Below, one piece after another: positions 30,254 to 38,732 of a DNA stretch of 64,000 nt (position 1 is the first letter of the stretch; each line of letters starts with the position of its first letter). Under the pieces are notes generated by a model. That model saw only the letters and a list, made by a program, of their open reading frames with translations, was not told the origin of the DNA and did no database searches. Origin of the DNA: a candidate division FCPU426 bacterium (lineage in GTDB: Bacteria > Oederibacteriota > Muellerivitia > Muellerivitales > Muellerivitaceae); assembly GCA_963830915.1 (NCBI GenBank), contig CAWHOE010000034.1, positions 44,703 to 108,702 on the forward strand, in the 5' to 3' direction. The position numbers and the translations under genes are program-made.

Positions 30254-31638
30254 GTGAGAATCCGTTTTCCATCCATATTTTCAGCCGCTAGTTTTTGCCT
30301 GGACGGCATTCTGGTGGCTTGTTCTTTTCTCCTGGCCAACTGGATCAGGTTCAACTCGGGATTATTGAAGGTAGGGGCCAGCGCTCATTACCCCCATTAC
30401 CGTTCTTTCCTCCTGTTTTTCATCATCATCCATTTGATCGTTTTCAAATATGTCGGTCTATACCGGAAACGGAGGGGGATTGGGGTGATGAGCTCTCCAA
30501 GGTCATCCAGGCGGTTTTCATTTCCTCCATCCTTATCGCCGCTTCCACTTTCTTGATCCAGTTTTTCGCCTTTTCCCGGTTGGTCATTGGCCTCTCGGCG
30601 GTGTTGGTGGCGGTCACGGTTTGGCTTGAAAGAATCCTATTACGACGGGCCCAGATCAATCTGCGCCGTCGAGGTGTGGGGATCACCAGGATCTTGGTGG
30701 TGGGGACAGGGGAATCGGCTCAAGTCCTTCTTCAAAGGCTTCGACAAAACCCAGGGATGGGTTATAGGGTCATCGGTATCGTCTCCGAGGGTAAATCCAC
30801 CGGTGAGGTCGAAGGCATCAAGATCGTTGGAACATTGTCCAAATTCACCCAACTCCTACATAAGTATGACCCGGATGAGATCATATTCGCCCTTCCTTCG
30901 GTCGCTCACGCGAAGCTTATCCCGATGTTGGTAACGCTCCAGGATACCCGTGTGAAATATAAGATCGTGTCCGACCTTTTCGGGCTCATCACCAACCCCC
31001 TGGAAAATGACGTGCTGTTGGATATCCCGATATTCGAAATGAAAGAAGCGCCCTTGAGCGCCTGGCATAACCGGGCGATGAAGAGGGTTTTCGACTTCCT
31101 GTTTTCGCTCATTGGACTTTTGATCCTTTCGCCCCTTTTATTGGTGGTCGCGGTGGGGGTCAAAGTGACATCGCCCGGGCCGATCTTTTTTCGGCAGAAG
31201 AGGGTGGGCAGGGATGGGAGGATCTTCCATATGTTGAAGTTCCGCTCGATGCGAGCGGGGACGGAAACGGTGGCTTTTACCGCCAAGAACGACCCCCGGG
31301 TGACCGCCTACGGATCATTCATCCGAAAAACCAGCCTGGATGAATTGCCCCAATTGATCAATGTTTTATTCGGCAATATGAGCCTGGTAGGACCCAGACC
31401 CGAGGTGCCGGGGTTGGTGGAAAAATTCGAGAAGGAGATACCCCGCTATTTCGAGCGCCACCAGGTAAAGTCGGGCATTACGGGATGGGCCCAGGTGAAC
31501 GGTTTTCGAGGAAATACCTCATTGAGCGAACGGGTCAAGTACGACATTTATTACATCGAAAATTGGAGCTTACTGTTCGATATCAAGATCATCATTCGAA
31601 CGGTCTTGGATATCCTGGAACATGAGCACGCGTACTAA
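30254..31638 (+). CDS. Undecaprenyl-phosphate sugar phosphotransferase (WcaJ/WbaP-type priming transferase), one frameshift
   Basis: N-terminal TM region, KRVFD, KFRSM, RKTSLDELPQL, SLVGPRPE, GITGWAQVNG; frames switch at ~30481 in a G-rich stretch. Confidence 0.9.
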
Positions 31639-31642
31639 AGAC

Positions 31643-31677
31643 AGCGAGCAGTTTACGGTCGACAGTCGATAGTAAAG
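31643..31677 (+). repeat. Short heptamer arm (AG-NNN-AC type, about 5 units)
   Basis: agcgagc agtttac ggtcgac agtcgat agtaaag right after the wcaJ-type stop. Confidence 0.6.
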
Positions 31678-31688
31678 AACAGGAACCT

Positions 31689-31793
31689 TTGAAAATACTG
31701 GTTACTGGCGGAGCTGGTTTCATCCTTCTCTTATATAAGGCTTTAAATGATTGTGGGATCGCAACCAGCCAATGGATAATTTCACAAAAATGA
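31689..31793 (+). pseudogene. 5' stub of an NAD-dependent epimerase/dehydratase gene
   Basis: RBS + TTG; first 12 codons MKILVTGGAGFI, then unrelated sequence and stop after 34 codons. Confidence 0.7.
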
Positions 31794-31806
31794 ATGTGAG
31801 GACCCT

Positions 31807-32736
31807 TTGAAAATATTAGTGACGGGAGGCGCTGGTTTCATCGGCAGTCACGTGGTGGACGCCTATTTGGAGGCGGGGCACCAGGTGATCGTGGTCGATG
31901 ACCTGTCCACTGGCAAAAAAGAGAACCTCAATCCCAAAGCCAAGTTGCACCAGATGAGCATCTTGGACGACAAGATCCAGCAACTGCTACAGGACGAAGC
32001 GGTCGAAGTGGTCAACCATCACGCGGCCCAGATCAAGGTGAAGGCTTCCCTGGAAGATCCCTATTTCGACGTCAAAACCAATGTGTTGGGTTCGGTCCTC
32101 CTTTTGGACCTTTGCCGGAGGGCGGGCGTTAAAAAGTTCATCTACGCTTCCTCAGGGGGCGCCCAGTATGGGGAGATGGACAAGGTCCCATTCCCTGAAA
32201 CCCACCGCTCCCGACCTTTCTCGGTCTATGGGGCCAGCAAATACGCCGTGGAAATTTACGCCGATGTTTTCGCCCAGAATTTCGGTTTGGAGTACGTTGT
32301 CTTGAGGTACGCCAACGTTTATGGACCCCGGCAGGACGCTTTGGGGGAAGGCGGGGTCGTGGCGATCTTCACTCACTCCATGCTGCACGGCGGGGAATTC
32401 GTCATTTTCGGCGATGGCTATAATGTTCGGGATTATGTCTATGTGAAGGACCTGGCCCAGGCCAATTTACTGGCCTTGGGTCATGACCAAAACGATGTAT
32501 TCAATATCGGCACAGGGATCGGGACGACCACCAACCAACTTTTTGATGTCCTGGCGAAGGCCACGGGGTACAAAAAAGCCCCTAATAGGTCCACGGCCCG
32601 TTTGGGTGATCTGGCCAAAAGTGTTCTGGACCCTACCAGGGCCAAGAAGATATTGAAATGGGAACCCCGATACGATCTGGCGGCTGGTTTGAAAGAAACG
32701 GTTGATTACTATAAAACCCCGAAAAAGGCGGTTTGA
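31807..32736 (+). CDS. NAD-dependent epimerase/dehydratase (UDP-glucose 4-epimerase-like)
   Basis: TGGAGFIG, HHAAQ, YGASK, LRYANVYGPRQ, RDYVYVKD. Confidence 0.93.
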   Translation: MKILVTGGAGFIGSHVVDAYLEAGHQVIVVDDLSTGKKENLNPKAKLHQMSILDDKIQQLLQDEAVEVVNHHAAQIKVKASLEDPYFDVKTNVLGSVLLLDLCRRAGVKKFIYASSGGAQYGEMDKVPFPETHRSRPFSVYGASKYAVEIYADVFAQNFGLEYVVLRYANVYGPRQDALGEGGVVAIFTHSMLHGGEFVIFGDGYNVRDYVYVKDLAQANLLALGHDQNDVFNIGTGIGTTTNQLFDVLAKATGYKKAPNRSTARLGDLAKSVLDPTRAKKILKWEPRYDLAAGLKETVDYYKTPKKAV

Positions 32737-32738
32737 AC

Positions 32739-32849
32739 CACCAAGGGCACCAAGTTCACCAAGAACGACAAAAATGAAATTTGGATTTTAAAAAGATTTT
32801 AAAATAAATTTATGATTTTCTTTGTTTTTGGTGCCCTTGGTGCCTTGTG
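32739..32849. repeat. Nonamer-repeat inverted element (CACCAAGNN x3, AT-rich spacer, inverted copy)
   Basis: caccaaggg caccaagtt caccaagaa (32739-65); ttggtgcccttggtg (32828-42) is the exact reverse complement of 32739-53. Confidence 0.75.
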
Positions 32850-32970
32850 CCGATTCTCTATATATACAATGTTGGAAATCGGTACTATACCGACCTCTTT
32901 AAATCTTTTTAGATGGTCGGCATGGTGGTAATAAATGTTTTGCAGGGGATTCTAAAACACGGAGTATCGC

Positions 32971-34011
32971 ATGAAAGCCATCATTCTAGTGGGCGGATTG
33001 GGAACCAGGATGCGTCCCCTGACCGACCAATTGCCCAAGAATATCCTTCCGCTTTGCGGGACTCCTTTTTTGACCTATCAGATCGAGTTCCTCAAGAAGG
33101 CTGGTATCCACGAGATCGTTTTTTCGTTGGGCTACCGCCCGGATGATATCCAAAAGGTTTTTGGGGATGGGCGAAAGTTAAAAGTAAAGATCCACTATGT
33201 GAAGGAAGAATCCCCCCTGGGAACGGCTGGCGCCATCAAGAACGCCGAATCCTTCGTCAAAGGCTCCGCGGTAGTGGTGCTGAACGGGGATATCCTGACC
33301 GACATCCCATTGAAGAAAATGATCGCATTCCACAAGGCGGCCAAAAACTTAGCGACCCTGGGATTGGTCAAGGTCGAGGACCCGACGGCTTACGGGCTTG
33401 TGTTGGTCGATTCGAAAGGCAAGATCGTCAAATTCCTGGAAAAACCCGCCCGTGAGGACATCGTCACGGACACGATCAACGCCGGGGTTTATGTGTTCGA
33501 GCCGGGTGTATTGGATCTCATCCCGCCGAATGTCAATTATTCCTCTGAGAAGGCGCTGTTCCCGGGGTTGTTAGAATCCAAGCAGGCTTTCGGGGGATAT
33601 GTTTGGAGCGGTTATTGGCAGGACATTGGGACTCCTCGGAAATACCTGACGACCCATTGGGATGTTTTGAATGGGACCTTTCCGGTCTACGCTAAAGTCA
33701 GAAAGAACCGGAACAAAGTTTACAAAGGCAAAGAGGTTGTGATCGTAAAAGGCGCGGTCGTTCAAGGGCCTTCCATACTGGGAGACGGTTGTATCATAAA
33801 AGAAGGAGCGCAGATCCTTCCTTATACGGTATTGGGCAATAAGTGCGTCATAGGTAAGGGAAGCAAGGTTTCTAAAAGCGTGCTATGGGATGAGGTGTCG
33901 GTTGGGGAAGGGGTTACTTTGGATGAGGCCGTATTAGGCCGTCGAACCATCGTGCGGGATCATTCCACGATTCCTACCGGAAGCGTGATAGGCGATGAAG
34001 GAAAGGTTTAA
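32971..34011 (+). CDS. NDP-sugar pyrophosphorylase (mannose-1-phosphate guanylyltransferase-like) with C-terminal hexapeptide repeats
   Basis: GGLGTRMRPLT..PK, PLGTAGAI, NGDILTD, INAGVY, WQDIGT. Confidence 0.9.
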   Translation: MKAIILVGGLGTRMRPLTDQLPKNILPLCGTPFLTYQIEFLKKAGIHEIVFSLGYRPDDIQKVFGDGRKLKVKIHYVKEESPLGTAGAIKNAESFVKGSAVVVLNGDILTDIPLKKMIAFHKAAKNLATLGLVKVEDPTAYGLVLVDSKGKIVKFLEKPAREDIVTDTINAGVYVFEPGVLDLIPPNVNYSSEKALFPGLLESKQAFGGYVWSGYWQDIGTPRKYLTTHWDVLNGTFPVYAKVRKNRNKVYKGKEVVIVKGAVVQGPSILGDGCIIKEGAQILPYTVLGNKCVIGKGSKVSKSVLWDEVSVGEGVTLDEAVLGRRTIVRDHSTIPTGSVIGDEGKV

Positions 34012-34033
34012 AAACAAGTAAGGACAGGAAACA

Positions 34034-35647
34034 ATGACTTTTAAATTTTTATTCTTCCTATTACTGGCGGTTCCATCCTGGGCCGTTCCCACGGACAAAC
34101 CTTTTGAGCTGTATCCTCCCACCAATGGCGCGGCCCCAACGACCTTTACCAAGGCCGCCATGCCCTTCCAAGTGGAGGGTAAGCCCTGGAAATTCGCCCA
34201 TGGCGCCAAGGTCCAGGTCAAGGTGGACGCCGCCCAGGTCCTGCAAAAGATCACTCCCTATCAATTCGGGTCCAACGTGGCTTGCTGGGATAACAAGCAA
34301 TTCATGAACGATCCTGACTGCCAGGAGAAGGTCCGGCAAGCGGGCATCAAGTTCTGGAGATGGCCGGGAGGAAGCACCTCGGACAACTACCATTGGGACG
34401 GCAATTATGGCGACCATACAAGGGACCATGACGGGGGAAACCCGCCGAACATGAACGCCGCCTGGGCCGCCTCTACCGATGATTTCATTTCCTTCTGCCA
34501 GAATACCAATTCAGAAGCCATCGTTACGGTCAACTACGCCGCGGCCCGTTATGAGAATGTCCAGTACGCGGCCGATATGGCCGCTCGGTGGGTCCACTAC
34601 TTCAATTTCGAGAAGAAATTCAAGGTTCGCTATTGGGAGATCGGCAACGAGAATTTCGGCCCCTGGGAAGAGGGGAACAAGATGGTGGGCAAACCCCAAT
34701 TGACCGGCGATGTTTACGGCAAGGACCTTCAGGTGATCGCCGCGGCCATGAGAAAGGTGGACCCGGATATCTTCGTCGGGGCGGTCGCCGTGGATAAGGA
34801 CAGCGGGGATGATTGGAATGGTTACCACTGGTGGATGAGGGACCTTTTGCCTCAACTTCAACAGAAGGTCGATTTTCTGATCTTCCATGAATATTTCATC
34901 TGGCCCTTCGACAGCGCGAACAACTATACCAACCCCAGTAACCAGGCTTTACTGTCGAACCTTCACGAGATACCCGACGGCAAGACCGCCATCGAGGGAA
35001 TGGAAGATAAATACGCCCCAGCCGAGAAAGGTTTGCCCATCGCTTTGACAGAGTTCAATATGATCAACGGCGACCCCCCTCCGACCATCCAACTGTTGAA
35101 CGGGATTTTTGTGGCTGAAGTTCTGGGGGAGATGATCAAGGCTGGTTATAAAAACGCCAACATCTGGGACCTTAAGAATGGTCTGGATGACAAGCTCAAG
35201 GGGGACCACGGCTTGTTGGGTTATAAGGATCCCGGGATCCCTGAAGGCACCCCCCGGCCGACCTATTACTCTTACGCCATTTATTCGAGGGCTTTCGGGG
35301 ATACCCTGATTTCGGCGGACAGTTCGGACCCGACGGTGAAGGTCTATGCCAGCCGTTTTTCGGGCGGGGAACTGGGGTTCGTTATCGTGAACGAGAATGA
35401 CCAGAACCGAACGGCCGTGTTCGATCTGGCGGGGTTCAAGCCCCAAGGTAAGTTGATGGGATGGGTCATGACCGGCCAGAACTTGAATGATTACCAGGTC
35501 TCCTTTAACGGAGAGTTGGGACCGGCCGGAGGGGGAGGGCCATTCCCCATTAAGACCATCCCGCCCTACCGGGCCACATTCAAGACCGATAAACCGCTAC
35601 AACTACCCCTGCAAGCCAGGTCGGTCACGGGGCTTATCCTCTATTAG
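34034..35647 (+). CDS. Secreted clan GH-A glycoside hydrolase (alpha-L-arabinofuranosidase/GH51-like)
   Basis: Signal peptide; RWPGGS, TVNY, YWEIGNE (acid/base), ALTEFN (nucleophile). Confidence 0.8.
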   Translation: MTFKFLFFLLLAVPSWAVPTDKPFELYPPTNGAAPTTFTKAAMPFQVEGKPWKFAHGAKVQVKVDAAQVLQKITPYQFGSNVACWDNKQFMNDPDCQEKVRQAGIKFWRWPGGSTSDNYHWDGNYGDHTRDHDGGNPPNMNAAWAASTDDFISFCQNTNSEAIVTVNYAAARYENVQYAADMAARWVHYFNFEKKFKVRYWEIGNENFGPWEEGNKMVGKPQLTGDVYGKDLQVIAAAMRKVDPDIFVGAVAVDKDSGDDWNGYHWWMRDLLPQLQQKVDFLIFHEYFIWPFDSANNYTNPSNQALLSNLHEIPDGKTAIEGMEDKYAPAEKGLPIALTEFNMINGDPPPTIQLLNGIFVAEVLGEMIKAGYKNANIWDLKNGLDDKLKGDHGLLGYKDPGIPEGTPRPTYYSYAIYSRAFGDTLISADSSDPTVKVYASRFSGGELGFVIVNENDQNRTAVFDLAGFKPQGKLMGWVMTGQNLNDYQVSFNGELGPAGGGGPFPIKTIPPYRATFKTDKPLQLPLQARSVTGLILY

Positions 35648-35674
35648 GCCGCTGGCTGGGCAAAAGGGTGTTTT

Positions 35675-35875
35675 CCAGTAAACGAACCTGCTAAATCCAG
35701 TAAACACTCGAGTTTTCCAGTAAACAAGTCTAGTGTTACCAGTAAACGACAGGTGATTTCCAGTAAACACCAGTGTCAAATCCAGTAAACGGCCCCCGTT
35801 TCCAGTAAACAACACCGTCATTTTCAGTAAATGGGGACGGTATTCCAGTAAACACTTGCGTCAAATCCAGTAAAC
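35675..35875 (+). repeat. Array A: 10 copies of CCAGTAAAC, spacing 22-20-22-21-22-20-22-21-22 bp
   Basis: Box starts at 35675, 35697, 35717, 35739, 35760, 35782, 35802, 35824 (TCAGTAAAT variant), 35845, 35867; spacers variable. Confidence 0.92.
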
Positions 35876-35905
35876 AAACTGCCAGGTATTCCGCTAACTA
35901 GACAC

Positions 35906-36257
35906 CCACCGGACGGGCTTTTTCCGGCCACCGGAAAGATGAAACCCACCGGAATCGTTATTTTTGCCCATCGGAAGGGTGTTTCCGAGCCTCGGAAATG
36001 TCGGGCTACCCATCGGAAAGACCGGGCCATCCATCGGAAGCCCTCGGAAAAGCCGAACCGCTCATCGGAAGAGTTGTTTCCGTCCATCGGAAAGATAGGG
36101 CCGTCCATCGGAAGGGCCAGGTTGCCCATCGGAATCGTTATTTTTGCCTACCGGACACCCACCGGACGGCTTTGTCCGGATACCGGACGTCCATCGGATG
36201 GACCTTTCCGCTTGCCGTACGCCCACCGGAATATCCATCGGCACAGGTACCATCGAA
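35906..36257 (+). repeat. Array B: about 19 copies of CCAYCGGA(A), mostly 21-22 bp apart, some 10-11 bp
   Basis: Box starts at 35906, 35928, 35946, 35968, 35989, 36010, 36031, 36041, 36062, 36084, 36105, 36126, 36148, 36159, 36180, 36191, 36223, 36235, 36250 (some degenerate). Confidence 0.88.
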
Positions 36258-36437
36258 AGATGTTTTCGGGTCGTTTGGGTTATCATTGAATCAATGACTT
36301 GAAGCTGTTTTTCTCGAATATTATTTTGATTCCCAATTATTCGCCCGCGCGAAATTTCCAATGGGTGGATCTTATCCTGAAGGTCAAAACCGGCTCAAAA
36401 CCCCTCTGAATCATCAATGTCCGGGCGTTTTTGGACA

Positions 36438-36466
36438 TTGACGGGTTAAAACCGCTCCCGTAAAAT
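36438..36466 (+). promoter_or_regulatory. Sigma70-type promoter for the TPR gene
   Basis: TTGACG - 17 bp - TAAAAT. Confidence 0.7.
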
Positions 36467-36515
36467 CATTCTTCCGCTGGTATTGAGTTCTTTCCAGTCC
36501 ACCGAAGGAGTTTGG

Positions 36516-37817
36516 ATGCCCTTACGAATCAGCCGATTTTTCCCGCTCTATTCCTTGGTATTCCTGGTTCTGATGCCCGTTTGGGTTCTGGCTGACGGTG
36601 ATAGCCGATATTATTCAGACAAGGGAAACGTGTATCTCAAGGAAGGTCGTAACGAGACAGCCATCAAGTATTACCAGGAAGCGGTCGAAAAAGACCCTTA
36701 TAACGTCCAGGCCCGGAACAATCTGGGGAAGTTGTACGCCCAGAAAAACATGATGGATGACGCCCTGGAACAGTTCAACAAGGCCCTCCAAGTCCAACCA
36801 AACTTCGTTCTGGCTCTCTCGAACAAGTCCTATGTCCTGCTCCAAAAGAAGGATTATCCCGAGGCCATTCTTTACGCCCTCAAGGCCCTCCGGCTTGATC
36901 CCAGCCTGGGTTCGGCCCACTACAATCTGGGCATGGCCTATTACGAGACGAAACAATACTCGAACGCTGTTTCCCAATTGAAACTCGCCGTTAAGTCATT
37001 CCCGGATAACAGCCAAGCGGACGAAAGACTGGCCGATGCCTATAAGAAAATGAACCATGGCGACGAGGCCCTGGCTTATTACCATCAAGCCCTGAACGCC
37101 GATCCTTTGAACACCAGCGCCCGGTCGAAAATGGGCGACGTTTACATGGACCGGGAGCAAGAAGACAAGGCGGTGGAACAATACAAGGCCGCCGTGGATC
37201 TGAATCCCAAAAGCATCCAGGCGCATTACCAGTTGGCGGATTATTTCGAGAACCACAGGCAATGGGACAACGCCCGTCGGGAATATTTGATGATCCTCGC
37301 TCAGGATGACCAGCAGGCCCAGGCCCATAAACAAGTGGCCAAGATCATGGAACGGGATGAGGAAATGGGATTGGCTCTTTACCATTGGGAAAAATACTCC
37401 CAATTGGTTCCTGAAGATCAAGAAGTCAAACAACATATCATCGATGTCCGGAAGCCCCTCCTGACCAAGAAACAGGCGGAGCAGATGGCCGATTACAATA
37501 AAAGGTTAGCGCAATCCAAACAGGGAACCCCAGTGTCGAACGGGAATAATTCTCCCGCCGCCCCAGCCGCTCCCGTCGCCCCGGCGGCACCTGAGGCCCA
37601 ACCGGCCGCTCCCGCCGACCAAACCACCGGCAACAATGCCCAGCCGGCTTTACCCCAACCGGTGGATAACAGCCAATCCGCGCAAGCCGCCCCGGATAAT
37701 ACATCGGCCCCAATGGTGGGCTCTGGTACTTATCCAACCCCTACCCCGTCGGTTCAATTGGTTCCGGTGGAAGTGGCCCAACCTACCCCGGACAACATAG
37801 CCACCATACCTCATTAA
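36516..37817 (+). CDS. Exported tetratricopeptide-repeat protein with Pro/Ala/Gln-rich tail
   Basis: AAGGAG RBS before ATG 36516; signal peptide; repeated TPR motifs (ARNNLG, AHYNLG, AHYQLA); low-complexity C-terminus. Confidence 0.88.
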   Translation: MPLRISRFFPLYSLVFLVLMPVWVLADGDSRYYSDKGNVYLKEGRNETAIKYYQEAVEKDPYNVQARNNLGKLYAQKNMMDDALEQFNKALQVQPNFVLALSNKSYVLLQKKDYPEAILYALKALRLDPSLGSAHYNLGMAYYETKQYSNAVSQLKLAVKSFPDNSQADERLADAYKKMNHGDEALAYYHQALNADPLNTSARSKMGDVYMDREQEDKAVEQYKAAVDLNPKSIQAHYQLADYFENHRQWDNARREYLMILAQDDQQAQAHKQVAKIMERDEEMGLALYHWEKYSQLVPEDQEVKQHIIDVRKPLLTKKQAEQMADYNKRLAQSKQGTPVSNGNNSPAAPAAPVAPAAPEAQPAAPADQTTGNNAQPALPQPVDNSQSAQAAPDNTSAPMVGSGTYPTPTPSVQLVPVEVAQPTPDNIATIPH

Positions 37818-37929
37818 AACCGAGCCCGAATCCACACTGACGTTGAAAAATGTCCATCCGGCTTGTTTCTTTGGAAAGACAGTCTTACCCTTATCCACTC
37901 AGTATTTTTGAAAGGGACGCCCTGATTCC

Positions 37930-38640
37930 ATGAGATTCGCCATTATTCTCCCGGTTTATAACGAGGCGCCGACCCTGGAAAGGGTCCTGGCGAAACTTTC
38001 CGAGTTCAAGAACGCTGATGTGGTGGTCGTGGATGACGGTTCGACCGATGCCACTCCCTCGATCCTGGAAAGGGTCAAGATCAAGGCGGTGATCCGGCAC
38101 CCTCAGAACGCAGGGTATGGAAAGACCCTGATGGATGGGTTCGATTACGCGAAAGAGAATGATTATCCCTATTGCGTCACCCTGGACGCGGATGAACAGC
38201 ATGAGCCGGAATTCATCCCTTGTTTCCTCGAAAAGCTGGAGCGGTTCGACATCGTTTCGGGAAGCCGGTATTTGAACCCTCTCCTGGCCACCGACGCTCC
38301 GCCGATCGAGCGCTTGGAGGTCAATAAGATCATCACTGAGAAACTCAGACTACTAACGAACTATAACCTGACCGATAGTTTTTGCGGCTTCAAGGGATAC
38401 CGGGTGGATGGGTTGAGAAAGATCACTTTGAACGAGACGAATTATGGGTTCCCTATCCAGGTTTGGTTGAGGGCGGCCAAAGCCGGTTTAACGGTAACTG
38501 AATGCGCCGTTCCGCTCATTTATAAGGACCATAGCAGGAACTTCAACAATCAATTCGCTTCCAGGAATGAACGATTAAATCATTATTTGCAAGTGATGAA
38601 GGACGAGGCCCGAACGCTCGGTCTTTCTTCTTCTATTTAG
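37930..38640 (+). CDS. GT2 glycosyltransferase (DPM synthase-like)
   Basis: ILPVYNEA, DDGSTD, NAGYG, LDADEQH, GSRY, TDSFCGFKGY. Confidence 0.9.
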   Translation: MRFAIILPVYNEAPTLERVLAKLSEFKNADVVVVDDGSTDATPSILERVKIKAVIRHPQNAGYGKTLMDGFDYAKENDYPYCVTLDADEQHEPEFIPCFLEKLERFDIVSGSRYLNPLLATDAPPIERLEVNKIITEKLRLLTNYNLTDSFCGFKGYRVDGLRKITLNETNYGFPIQVWLRAAKAGLTVTECAVPLIYKDHSRNFNNQFASRNERLNHYLQVMKDEARTLGLSSSI

Positions 38641-38732
38641 GTCATCTGGCTATAATAATTATTGATCCAAGGGAACTGCCAGCCCAGAGTGCCAACAGGT
38701 TGATGGCAATAAAGTAGATAAAGGCGTCCTTC

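Noticed and set aside
11838..30490. Phase variation by slipped-strand tracts in glycosyltransferase genes
   Set aside because: The runs at the frameshifts are only 2-6 nt, shorter than typical contingency tracts, and similar indels occur in unrelated genes.
35675..36257. CRISPR or TIGR array
   Set aside because: Repeats are only 8-9 bp with 11-13 bp spacers, and no cas or Nop-domain gene is recognisable in the window.
35603..36361. Short ORFs overlapping the phased arrays
   Set aside because: Box spacings of 20, 22, 10 and 11 bp shift the repeat between frames, there is no clear RBS, and the ORFs overlap on both strands. They look like by-products of the repeats.
35650..36480. Canonical oriC
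   Set aside because: No cluster of TTATCCACA DnaA boxes was seen and no dnaA, dnaN or gidA gene is nearby. A non-canonical origin is not excluded.
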